Shown here: positions 12,017 through 25,600 of the stretch, piece by piece
Layout: each line of letters starts with the position of its first letter
How positions within the stretch are numbered: position 1 is the first letter of the stretch
Assembly (NCBI GenBank): GCA_039096225.1
Contig: JBBPEB010000022.1
Coordinates: 1-64,000, forward strand
Length of the DNA: 64,000 bases
DNA from: Blastocystis sp. Blastoise
Taxonomy: Eukaryota; Protista; Bigyra: Opalinata
Reading direction: 5' to 3'
Translations under genes and position numbers: made by a program
The notes under the pieces: model-generated
Seen by the model: only the letters and a program-made list of their open reading frames with translations
Databases searched by the model: none
What the model was told of the DNA's origin: nothing

Positions 12017-12063
12017 GCCGCGGCGCGTCGCCGTTAGGCGGTGCGCCAGCGGCGTTACCCTAG
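12017..12063 (+). terminator. Helitron 3' terminal hairpin + CTAG (rolling-circle termination signal)
   Basis: GCCGC GGCGCGTCGCC-GTTA-GGCGGTGCGCC A GCGGC GTTACCCTAG. Confidence 0.9.
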
Positions 12064-12900
12064 TAGTATATAGATATACATAAATGATATATATATATAT
12101 AATATATAATATTATATAAATGATATATAGATATAGATACAAGTAATAGATAATATATATACGATATATAGATGATATATAGATGATATATAGAAGGAAT
12201 AGATTGTAAATAGAATGAATACATGATATATACATGATATATACATGATATATAAATGATATATAAATGATATATAGATAATATATAGATAAAATATAGA
12301 TGATATATATAGAAATTATGTATATAATGTATATAGAATGAATAGATGGTAAAGATAATATATAGAAGAAATAGATAATACATAGAATGAATAGATTGTA
12401 TATAGATAATATATAGAATGAATAGATAATACATAGAATGAATATATGATATATAAATGATATATAGATTATATATAAAATATATATAGATAACATATAT
12501 ATAATATATAGAAATTATGCATATGATGTATATAGAATGAATAGATGATATATAAATGATATATAAATGATATATAAATGGTATATAAATGGTATATGGG
12601 TAATATATATATGACATATAGATATATATATAATATATAGATATTATGCATATGATGTATATAGGATGAATCGAAGGTATATAGATAATACATAGAAAGA
12701 ATAGGTCATATATAGATGATATATAGTAATATATAGTAATATCTAGATATAAATGGTATATATATAGATAATATATAGATGATATATATAGATATTATAT
12801 ATGTGATATATATAGAAGGAATAGATGGTATAAAGATAATATATAGAAGGAATAGATAATACATAGAAGGAATAGATGATATATAGATGATATATAAATG
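12064..12900. repeat. Degenerate low-complexity tandem repeat (GATGATATATA / AGAATGAATAGAT)
   Basis: Short motifs recur throughout. Confidence 0.75.
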
Positions 12901-13575
12901 GTATATATATATAATATATATATAAATTATATCATATATTATATATATATGTAAAATGATATAAGGATATATATAAAGATGTAGATGAGTTATATATTGA
13001 TGTAAATGGTCTTTAGATTCATTTGTGATATAATGTTATATATATAATATATATATTCTATATATAGTATATATAGTACTTATATAGAATATATATGTTA
13101 TATAGAATATATAAATAGTACTTATATAGCATATATATATTATATAGAATATATAGTATATATATAACCAATATACATAAAGATATATATAACTTGTATT
13201 ATAAAGATGCGAAATTATTATAACTACGAAGAGATATTATTTTTTTATGTAAAACCATTCTATATACTAGTTATATATATCTTTATGTATATAGGTTATA
13301 TCTATACTATATATACTATATATCATATATATATGTTCCATATAAGTACTATATATACTCTATATAATATATATATTCTATATAAGTATTATAATATAGA
13401 ATATATACTATATATACTATATATAGTACTAATATAGAATATATATATTATATATATAACATTATGTCACAAATACATTCAAAAATCATATACATCAATA
13501 TATAACTCATCTACATCTTTATATATATCCTTATATCCTTTTACATATATATATATTATATATCATATATATACC
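12900..13575. repeat. ~670-bp foldback (long inverted repeat), MITE-like
   Basis: 12941-13060 is the reverse complement of ~13433-13555; ~13166-13199 pairs with ~13264-13297; central loop ~60 bp. Confidence 0.8.
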
Positions 13576-13599
13576 TGTAATGACAAGAGCTACACTACT

Positions 13600-14640
13600 G
13601 AGACCCATGAAAGTACCACAAAGAAGGATTACTGATGGAGATAAAGTTAATAGACTTATGTTACCTACTATCATGGTATACTATGATAACAAACGAAGAT
13701 CCTTAGGTATACTGTGACTATTCAAAGCTATTTCATTATTGGTTTTCTATTTACCAAATAACATGAAGAATACTTAATTATTTATATTCATTTTATTAAC
13801 TACTTCTATTATTAAAACGATATAACTATATGAATTTTCATTAAGTATAATATTAGTAACAGCATAATGAATATTGTTGTAGTTAATTTTAGGAAATCTC
13901 TCTCTTATCCTCTTCTTAGCTTAACCTATAGATATGGTCTTAAATTCTGAATGACTCTTTAATAATTCAGAACAAATGTATCATTTAATGGATCAGAGCG
14001 TCAGTTTATATTCTGTTTTTATAAAGACTATATTAATTGTATAAGTAGATTGATCCAATAATGATTGACATTTATTTATGTCAACAGTATATACAATTTT
14101 TGTATTTATTAATAAAGCTTGAATCATATCATTTTCCATATATCTCTTCACAAATATCGTTTTTCTCTTCATCTATATAATCTTCATGTTAAATATAATT
14201 AAAAGAAACTATATTATTATTATCTCTATTATTTAGAGTCTGTAGAAGCTTATCTATATATGATGAATTAGTAATATCAACTGAAGATGTAGACTCTTTA
14301 ATTTTATTAATTAATTCTTCTTCATCTTTTGCTAAATTATCATCTATATCTTGTTCTATATATACTTCCTCTTCTATGTTAAAAAAGTATTTATTTTAGT
14401 AAAACTTTGATTATTCATTTGTTTCATGAATTTTTTTTTCAGATTTTGAGAAGTTTTACATTCTTCTTGTGTTATTGTAATAGAAGTATAATTAGAATTT
14501 ATACTATCATTAGTCTCATTTGTTTGATTATTGATTGAATCTGATATCATATCTTTATAGTAGTCATATGATGATTCTCTTATACTATTATATTTAAATA
14601 ATTCTATATAATCAGCATCATGTTTTGAATATTTCTATAA
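13600..14640 (-). pseudogene. Possible decayed coding fragment of unknown identity
   Basis: Coding-like stretch EEEVYIEQDIDDNLAKDEEELINKIKESTSSVDITNSSYIDKLLQTLN... broken by stops and frameshifts. Confidence 0.3.
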
Positions 14641-15192
14641 AAATCTTATGTTAATAATAATAGTTACTACATTTATTAATTTAATAATATATATAATATA
14701 TATAATATATATAATATATATAATAATACATAATAATATATAATAATATAAGATATATAAAATAATATATAATAATATATAATAATATATAAAATAATAT
14801 ATAATAATATAAAATTATATATAATAACATACAATAATATATAATAATATAAAATTATATATAATAACATACAATAATATATAATAATATATAATAATAT
14901 ATAATGATATATAATAATACATAGTAATATATAATAATATATATAATAATATCATTACTATACTAGGGTCACGCCGCAGGTCCGGGGCCTAACGGCACCG
15001 GACCGCGGCTGCAATGAATAATAAGTGTTTGGTTTTTATACAATTTCTTTCCTTATTATCTATAATATATTATATATTATATATTATATATTATATATTA
15101 TATAATATGTATTATTTATTAAATATTATCTATTAGATGTTACTTATTATATATAATATATTATATATATTATACATTATTTTAATAAAACT

Positions 15193-15260
15193 TCTTATAC
15201 TCTATATGGAGAGTAACAATCATTTATTGATTGTTATCAGGTTCAATTCCTGATATAAGA
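15193..15260 (+). ncRNA. tRNA-like cloverleaf (3'-type, copy B)
   Basis: TCTTATA CTCT-ATATGG-AGAG TAACAATC-ATTTATT-GATTGTTA TCAGG-TTCAATT-CCTGA TATAAGA. Confidence 0.7.
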
Positions 15261-16769
15261 ATTAAATAGATTATTTAAATAATATCTGAAAAACTAAAAA
15301 CAAAAAAAAATATATAAATTCTTGTTTGATTCATTATATTTGTTATTTATTTTTTTTTAAATATATTTTGTATTTATAAATAGTTTAGTTACTTTTTTAA
15401 TCATTATGGAATTTCTAAAGCTAATAAATCTCGAAATGGGTCACAATGTGAAGTATTGAAAAATATTTTTATTTTATTAAATTAATTTAAATAGATTAGA
15501 ATAAAGTAGTTTAAACTATTTTTAACCATTTCATAAAACTAAAACAAATTTAACACAACAATATCAACATTTATTTTCACATTAACGACTTAAACACATA
15601 GTTTTAGAATTAATATTAATGAAATCAATCTAAATAGAATTTTTATACATAACAGTATCAACAATATCGCTTTTAGAGAGACTTTACCATTTCGATATCC
15701 ACTGTATCAAAATCGTTTTAGACATAACTTTCACACAGTATAGATCTCATTGTATTATTTATTAATTATAGTTTAATGTCTTGAATCTCTGACCTCATGA
15801 CGCTTTTTAATACATTTTGAAAAATTGACACACTTATAGTTAATTTAAAACTCTAATATTTAAACACTATACTCAACATAACTCTATCAATACATTAGTT
15901 ACCATTTTAACACTCTTTATAAACATTTTACATTTGGTCATACACTTTTTCAAGAGTATTTTTGTCACTTCTTTTAATATAATTTAGACTATAGTTCATA
16001 GTTTGATAAATAAAATGTTTTATATTGAATCTCGTCCGTTGAGTAACTTATTTCTACATTTAAAAAAATAAACCCCTTTAAACTTGTTTTTAAAAGTCAA
16101 AATTTTCATAGTATAATAAAAACACAATTTTAAACAAAGAAGCTAACTCTTTAAAATTTCTAGACAACTCAAACACATTGTTAATTAACTTTTCAAAAAT
16201 GAAATTCTCTTAATTTTTAATATGTTGTAGAATTTAGCTTAGTGTATATTAAATCATTTTTTAGAATTTCGAATCTCTTAGTTTAAGAACCCCTTTTTAC
16301 AATTTTTTAAATTTTACAACCTTAAACTTACTTTTATGACTTTATATTTACACAATAATATATATATGCAAGATGAATTAGTGGAGAAAAACAAAACTTA
16401 AATATCTCAATCATTGACAGTATTAAATCAGTTATACTATATAAAGTTAAAAGTGGACAATAGATATTTTAAATTAAATTGAATCCAAACATTTAAAAAC
16501 TTGACACTATTTAATATATTAAGTAATTGAAGAATTATCTTAATAGTCGACACAATTTAAATAAAAAAAAAAAAAAAGAAAAAGAACAAAACAAAAATAG
16601 AACAAAAGAAAACATTTAAATATAGAATAGCTAAAACGATAACAACAGCATAAATAAATAAATAATATAAAGAAAGCAGATAATAGAAAGCTATTAAATG
16701 TGAAAAATAATAATAATAATAAGCAAAAGAAAAAGAAAAAGAACTAAAAAAAAAAAATCTAAACATAAC

Positions 16770-18119
16770 CATAACACTAAGAGAACCTATATAGATAAAA
16801 GATATATATATATATAATAAGAGATAGTATAATAAATATATCTAACATATATATATATACCTTCAGTATTAAAAACTATTCACACCATCACTATATAGAT
16901 ATAAGATATAGATATATTAAAAGAAATATTATAAATATTTGTTATATATATATATATATATATATACCTTTAGATACATTTTTATTATTAAAATGAAAGC
17001 TAACATTAGGGTGATAAGATCCCCTATTAGAAAAGACACCTATATATAATATAATAAATGATAAAATATATATAAACAATAAATATATATATATACCTTC
17101 TAAAGAAGGAACAGAGGAAACACCATGATATCTTAACTGACTTGAAGAACCTATATATAATGAAAAGATAATTAATAAATCAAAAAAAAAAGAAAGGAAG
17201 AAATAAGAATATACCTGTATCATTATTACCATTAATCCAAGACTCCATAAGAAAAGAACGACCTATATAAGATAAAAATAATAATAAACTAAATTAAATT
17301 TAAAAAGTAGACATACCTTCATCATTAATACGTTCAGCAACTACAACCACAACAGTAGAATAACCTATAAAGAAACAGTAATAGACAAATAATAAATAAA
17401 AAAAAATAATAATAAATGAATGACAATATATATATACCTTTAATATCATATGAGCAGTCTACCTGATCACCAACAACATCCATAGCAACATTTACATCAA
17501 TAAAACAAACCTATATATATAAAAGTAAAAAAAGAAAAATAAATGAATGACAACATACCTTCAACACCACACAGACATCTATTATCAACATCACTGTTAA
17601 CATGTACAACAACTGAAGAACCTATATATATAGAAATAATAAAAAAATAATAATAAAATATAAAAAAAAAAAAATAAATGATTGGTAACATACCATCTAT
17701 AAAGCAAGAAGAACCTACATCAACACCGATATCACTATTGGAATCACTTACAATAACAGAAGAACCTATATATAAAGAAAAGTTAAAAAAATAAAAACAA
17801 ATCATTGACAACATACCTTCACAGTTAGCATAACAGGCAACACCACCACCTCTGTATGATACAAATAACATAGAACAACCTAAAATAATATAATAAATAA
17901 TTAATAAAAAAAGAAATGGAAAATATATACCTTTAAGACCATCAGAGCAAGTACCACCAAGACTAAGAACATACATAACTGGATTCTATTGAGTAGAAGA
18001 ACCTAAATATGAATACTAATAACAAATAGATACAATATACCTGATTTTCTTTGAAATATAAATTATTTTTTATTTCCAGACCTCCACCTTGAAGCAATTT
18101 TGTTGTTCTTAGACATCAT
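16770..18119 (-). pseudogene. Micro-exon array of the RepHel N-terminus (copy B); in-frame stops, introns present
   Basis: Homologous to 3427-4664; TAA in exon 1 and TAG in exon 2. Confidence 0.8.
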
Positions 18120-18891
18120 AATTAATAATTTAATATATAAATGAGTATTAGATTATGTATTTAACAATCCTATTTCATTTGAATTAATAAATATAATAGG
18201 GTCTATTTTTAAAATATGCTTCTTAAAACATAATAGAAATCAAAAATAGCCTTAATTTTTCATTGATTTTATTACAAAAGTAATAATTGGGTCATTCTGG
18301 TTTAAAATCATTTTGGGTACCCAAAAAACATAGTTCTTTACTCTTTTTTAAATATTTTATTGTATTGATTGACTTAGTGTGTTTTATTTATTTATTTAAA
18401 GTTATTTAACTTAGTATTATATTTATCTATTTATATACTAATTTATTTATTTAAAATAATACACTTCTTTATAGGATTCTCTTGTATTTGCCTTGGTTGT
18501 CATGGTTAGTGGTTCTTGAAGTGGTCCTGGTTAAATGAAATGGTTTATTTAGTGTCAGGTATATAAATATATATATTTTTTATAATATTTCATTTTTAAT
18601 TCATTTGTTTCTTTAATTGTTTCTTTTTTTATTATCTTTTTGGTTTATATTTTCTTTATATATAATTAATCAATAGATTATTAGTTATTTTTATTCTATA
18701 GGGAAGAAAATGTAACTGATGTGTGTGTTATACTCTTCGTTTTTTCATGTCTTTCTTTTAAATCTGTGGTTTCAGGTTGATTTATATGTATATATTTATA
18801 TTTTATTTATTATTTTTGTTATTTATTGTTTCTTTATTTATTTATATTTTATTTATTAAATTTATTTTATTTATTTATTTATTTATTTATT

Positions 18892-18934
<43 letters not shown>

Positions 18935-19512
18935 TTATATTTATTATATTTATATGTTTATTTATTTATTATTATTTATTTATTTTATATGTTTATTTAT
19001 TTATTTTTAATATTTATTTATGTATTTATTAATTATTTATATTATCTTTTTTATATGTTTTCTATTTTATATAGGTTTAAAATCTTCTTATTCTTTTTTT
19101 CTTCTTTCTTCTTCCTTCTTACTTCTTTCTCATTCTTTCTACTTCCTATTTCCTTCTTCATTCCTTCTTCCTTCTTCCTATTTCCTTCTCCATTCATGCT
19201 TCCTTCTTCCTATTTCATTCTTCATTCATGCTTCCTACTTCCTACTTCCTACTTCCTTCTTCCTTCTTCCTCATCTTTGATTCTTCTTACTTACTTCTTC
19301 TTCATTCTGGATTCTTCCTTCTTCCTCATCCTTCCTTATTCTTACTTCTTCTTACTTCCTTCTTTCTCATCCTTCTTCCTCATCCTTCCTTATTCTTACT
19401 TCTTCTTCCTAATCCTTCCTACTTCCTTCTTCCTCATCCTTCCACTTCATTTCCTTCTTATTATATATATATAAATATATATATTTGATTATTATTATTA
19501 TTTATAAACTCC

Positions 19513-19578
19513 TTTTATGCTCTAGAAGGAGAGAAACAATCATATAGATTGTTTTCAGGTTCAATTCCTGACATAAAG
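19513..19578 (+). ncRNA. tRNA-like cloverleaf (5'-type, copy B)
   Basis: TTTTATG CTCT-AGAAGG-AGAG AAACAATC-ATATA-GATTGTTT TCAGG-TTCAATT-CCTGA CATAAAG. Confidence 0.7.
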
Positions 19579-19611
19579 TGTTATTTTTTTATTTTTTAAT
19601 ATTTTATTCAC

Positions 19612-19668
<57 letters not shown>

Positions 19669-22600
19669 TCTTTTTTAAATTTATTTTAAACCATTTTAAT
19701 TTATACTTTTCAATTTTGATCTTAAACATATATATCTAACTTTTTATAGCTTTTTTAGACTTCCTCTTCTTAACAACAGTCACAATGAGAACAAATCTAT
19801 TTATACTCAAACAAATAAATTATCTCTAAACTGTTTGAATCAATCAATATAGACGTGTCTGACATAATTTATCAATTTAAACTCAATTTTAATAATTAAA
19901 AGTAAACAAACCAAACACACATGTCGACTTTAAAACGTTAAACTCAGTATTAATAATTTATTTTTATAGAGTAAACACGAAACATTGATTTATACAAAAA
20001 GGAATGGAAACAATCAACTCTTGATACAACTTTACCATTTGGCAAAACACTCATCCACAATATTTTCTAAAGTACTTTTCATAAAGTGTTTATATACACA
20101 TGCTATCTATAAAATGAAAGTCAACTTCTTGAATCTCTTTGTTTAAGACACTACTTAATACATTTTGACAAATAGACAACCTTTAACTTATTATATAAAG
20201 CTAATATTTTAAAATTAAACTTGATTTAGACCTATGAACACATTAGTCAACACTTTAGACTTTTTAAAGACACTTTACCATTTGGTCATACACTTTGATC
20301 AAAATATTTTTGTCCCTCCTTTTAATATAATATAGGTTATACACTCTAGTTTAATGACTAAAAGCTCTTATTTTGAATCTCGTCCTCTAAGTCACTCATT
20401 TTTACATTTTCTAAAAATTAAGACCCTTAGAGTTGATTTTTTAAGTTAATTTTTCTACAGTGTTCCAAAAACACGATTTTGCTCAAACTGAAGTAAAAAT
20501 AAATTTTAAATAATAGTCACAACACCTCACACATCCATTCTTTAAAAATTATTTTAACTGTACTTTTGATATGTTGTAGAGCTACTATAGCTGTACACTA
20601 ATTAATATCTCTAAATTTTTTATTCATAGTTTAAGACTATGTTTTACACATTCTTTTAAATTTGACAACCTTAAACTATTTATTTAAAGCTCTTATTCAT
20701 AAAATAGACTTGATACATGATTCTAAACACATATATAAACCCTTTTACTTTTTAAGACACATTTTGTCATTTGGTCATACACTTTGACCTTCATAATTTT
20801 GACTCTCCTTTTAATATAGAATAGAGTTATAAGTCTAATTTACTAAATAAAAGTCATAATATTGAATCTCTCACTCTAAGACCACTTAATTCACATTTTT
20901 CAAAATTGTCACTTTTAAACTCGTTATTTTAAAACTCTGTTTTAACTATAGTAGTTTGATGACCTATTGATTACTATGCTACAATATTAGTCCATTATAA
21001 GAAGATCGAAGAAAAATATCGATCACTCAAAAATCGTCCTCAGGAGCTCAAAATCGCTACACCTAGGTTTTTGGACCTCCTGAATCAGAATATCATGTCA
21101 AATTGAGAATCTAAATTTGACCGTTAAGGCCTCACGTGTTCAATATGAAAAAGTATTAAAAAATAGATAAATATAAAGAATAAACACGGATAACGTATAT
21201 TGTGGGATTGAGAAAAAATCAAGTTTACCCCATGTTTATTTTTCAATTGTCTGGTCAACAATTTTTATCGGGGTCACCCCAAAGAGCCAATCAAAAACGA
21301 CTCAAAAATCATGTTTTCTGTTTTTTTATTAATAACTTTTTAATTATAAACAATATCGCTTATCCAAATATACGGTGCAAAACTACACGTTATATCGTAT
21401 TGAACTGTGTTTCAACCAAAAGTTAACTCCCCGTAAGTTTAGAGGAGTTGCGGCGACAAACTATAGTATACATTAGCCAATCAAATGGTTTTTCTAAAAA
21501 CTGACCAATGGGAATTTTTTTGCCTATTTGCTTTATAATAGTAATGATTGTGAGAAATATGATTAGCAGTGTTTGGGAAATATATTAGTAAATGTTTTAA
21601 TGTATTTTATACATAAAGAGTATACGATAAATGATGACTACGATTCTATATTGTTCCTAAAGTAGTTGAATGTTTTTATTTTGTTCTTTCACTTCTCAAT
21701 TCTGTAAAACCCTCCTATATATCAGAAATATTTAATTATTGTGTTTTTTTAGTTGACAAACTGGAAATGTTCTTGAATGTTGTTGACATTTTTTAAACGT
21801 TTTCATGATAGATGAGAATATTTCGTTTATCATAATATAATATACTTGTATATTACTTAAATAACAAATATTTATTTTATTTTGTAAACCACTTACAAAT
21901 AGTTTTTTCTTATGAATGTCAACATTTCTCATTTACACAAAGTATAGAAACCTTTGTTTCATTTATTTTTTATATATTGTTTTATCACCTTTAATATATT
22001 CTATACTTAAATCATTTTGTAATAAATAATTATTGTCAATAGAGATAAAATATTGTTTTAAATATGCCAAAAAAAACTTTTTTAAATACCTCTAATAAAC
22101 CGTCAGTCACATGTTGAACTATTTTAATATTCTAGTTAGAAATGAAACAACATAGAGATTTATAATAACAAAACAAAAAGATTTTGTGATATATTGTATA
22201 TTGTTTTCTGAAGAAAATTGCAAAATGGTTAAATTCAATAATAGCTAAGATTAATACTTTATTAATATCCTTAATTTAGTTCATGTAGCGTACGGTGTCT
22301 CACACACTTTCACTATTATTGACTTTGTTATTAACTTTTATAAAATAAAAATTACATCATAAAATCCAGAACACAATTCTGAAAATGACTGTTAAAGAAA
22401 TTTTTCAAAAACTCTAAATTTCTGGCTAAAAAACGGAAAAAACCATTTTCGCACAAAATTTTAACCAAAATTATTGGATTATTTTTATTTTATCCAATAT
22501 TTTTCATTTTTATAAAAACACTTATTTTTCGTTTTTCATTTTTTATTGTTTTCTTATTTTTCCTATATCACTTCACATACTCTATATTTATTTTTATAAA

Positions 22601-25600
22601 ATTGACTTTTATTGACGGGTTAGTCTTATAAATAGTTTTGACGGGTAAATTTGTTTATATTTACAACTTGACAACATATCAATACACACATCACTAACTA
22701 TAAACTCTAAAATGGTTTCAGTTGTTATGATACTGACCTCAACTACTCTGAAACCACAATAATTCCTTTAAATAACAACAAAAGTCAAACTGATATCCGA
22801 CACATTCCTTCTTTATAAACTTATTTGAGCTTTAATGTATTTATTTAACTCTGTATCCGTCATAAATATGTTTTATATTTTAATAATATGTTTTAATAAG
22901 AAAATATTTGATAATAGAAATTTTGATGTTTTGATAGTATAGTTTGTTATTCGTCTTTCTCCTTGAGTTTTGGGTATTTTTTAAAAATAAAAGTATAATT
23001 ATAATTAAGATAAGCTATTGCAGATACATATTTTTTATTTTATCTAAATATTTAATATTGACTGAGAAACATTCATTTATATGAAAAACATAAAAATGAA
23101 AATTTTCAAAAAAAGGGTATAGTTTGTTATTGTGATTTCTCAATCAATTCTTAATAAGATAAAAAAGTTAGAACATATTTAGAAACTAGACATGTCATAG
23201 CAGATACATATTTTTCATTTTTTTAATTAATTGAAAACTCAGGTGACAAGAGTCAATAGTTGAACTCAATAAAAAATGACTTTCAAAAAATTTTCTTAAA
23301 AAGTTTTCATTTGTTTTTTGTTTATATTTTCATCATTAACAATTTTATTTGATATTTGACTTTATATTTAAAAACTACATACCAAAATAAACATATTTTA
23401 CAATTTTATTTTGTTTTTAAAAGACTTTAACAACAGATCACCAGACAATGTTAACTCAATAAACTCTTAAAACGTTTTAATACGTGTTTAGAACCACTCA
23501 TAGACACTGTACGTGACTTATTTGAAAAAGTTAAGACAACATGTTGAACTGATACTGACAATGTTTGTTCTAAAAAGTTCATTATGAGTCTTTATGAGTT
23601 GTATATGTCATAAATAAACTTAAAATAAATAAATTTGTTTTTAATTGTCTTTAATTAGTGAAATAAGTCGTTTAAAAAGAAGAAAGCATTTTGGATACTA
23701 TAGTTTATTTTGACAATTTCTCCATCAATATTAATTTAAATAAAATAAATAAATCTTATTTATAAACTAGACAACCTATAGTTTATATATTTATAAAAAT
23801 ATTATCAAAATATAAAATAACTTTTGAGATAAAAAATTATATATACAAAACATAAAAAAATTAATTTTTGAAAAAAGGGTATACTTTATAACATTAATTT
23901 CTCAGTCAATATTTAATTATTTTATATAATTTTAACAAATAAATATAGAGAATAAAATATATTAATTATATTATTTTTAATATTTGAAATTAATAAAAAA
24001 ATGAGTTCAGTAGAGTCAATAGTGTAACATGTTAAAAAACTGAAAATTGAAAAATCATTTTTCTAAAAATTTTCCAAAAGTTGACAAATCAAATTCATAT
24101 TTGACAATTAATTTTTACATTTTTGAAAACTAGACCTTATATGTATTGCATATCTCAAAAAAATAGTCAAAAATAAGTTAGACGAGTGTATGAGTATATG
24201 CACATGTTGACTCATAATTTTGAAAAAAGTAGTTAAATATGTCCTAAACCACATATCAAAGCAATTCTATAAATATTATCACTTTATAATGAGTTTAAAG
24301 GGTAAAATAATTTTGAATTGTCTGTTTGACTGTCTTAAGTGAAGAGATTCAATACACTTTTTGTAAAAATGAGTATTAGAGTGTTTAATGTTTATAATAA
24401 TAAAAGAATTGTTTGAAATAAAGGTGGTTATGTGTTTGACCAAAATGTTAAAATGAGTCTATTTTTAAAAAATGGTTAGAATAAGAAAGTATTGAGTGTT
24501 TTTGGAGTATTTTATATTAAAATCTACAATAAATAAACATTTTAAGTTGTTTAAAAATTTGATTCTTTAGAATTACAATAGTTAAGTCAAGAGATTCAAG
24601 TCACTTTTTATAAAAATAATAAATAGACGTATTATAGAATATAAAATATTAAAAATTAGTCTAATTAAATGTGGTTGACTGTTTGATAGGAATGTTAAAA
24701 TGGGTAAAAAGATTTTAATTGTTTCTAAAACAGTATAATACGTTTTTTTGTCACTAAATAAAAGAATATTATTTTTATAAGAATGTTTTTTGTCTTTCAA
24801 AAGAACTCATTTTTTGTAATTGTGACTTTAAACAAAAGAGATTCAAGTTATCATTACTATATATATGAGAATAGGCAAAAAAATTCCCATTGGTCAGTTT
24901 TTGGAAAAACCATTTGATTGGCTAATGTATACTATAGTTTGTCGCCGCAACTCCTCTAAACTTACGGGGAGTTAACTTTTCGTTGAAACACAGTTCAATA
25001 GGATATAACATGTAGTTGTGCACCGTATATTTGGTTAAGCGATATTATTTATAATTAAAAAGTTATTAATAAAAGAACAGAAAACATGATTTTTGAGTCG
25101 TTTTTGATTGGCTCTTTGGGATCATCCCGATAAAAATTGTTGACCAGACAATTGAAAAATAAACATGGGGTAAACTTGATTTTTTATCAATCCCACAATA
25201 TACGTTATCCGTGTTTATTCTTTATATTTATCTATTTTTTAATACTTTTTCATATTGAACACGTGAGGCCTTAACGGTCAAATTTAGATTCTTATTTTGA
25301 CATGATATTCTGATTCAGGAGGTCAAAAAACCTAGGTGTAGCGATTTTGAGCTCCTGAGGACGATTTTTGAGTGATCGATATTTTCTTCGATCTTCTTAT
25401 AATTGACTAATATTGTATCATAGTAATCAATAGGTCCTCAAACTACTATAGTTAAAACAAAGTCTTAAAATAATGAGTTTGAGTGTCACAATTTTGAAAA
25501 ATGTGAATTAAGTGGTCTTAGAGTGAGAGATTCAATATAATGACTTTTATTTAGTAAACTAGACTTATAACTCTATACTATGTTAAAAGGAGAGTCAAAA

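Larger units (their letters stand above)
1..12063 (+). mobile_element. Autonomous-type Helitron (copy A); first ~14 nt of the 5' end lie outside the window
   Basis: Intact RepHel frame; GC-rich hairpin 12017-12053 followed by CTAG|T at 12060-12064; window start ATGAGAATAGGC equals nt 15 onward of the family 5' end TCATTACTATATATATGAGAATAGGC seen at 24851. Confidence 0.95.
14963..21547 (-). mobile_element. Non-autonomous Helitron copy B
   Basis: Reverse-complement hairpin+CTAG at 14963; 5' TCATTACTAT.. at 21547; A|T insertion without TSD; colinear with the first 5.1 kb of A. Confidence 0.95.

Noticed and set aside
15193-15260. Functional decoding tRNA genes inside the Helitrons
   Set aside because: No linker nucleotides or variable loop and an unstable anticodon loop; kept only as tRNA-like
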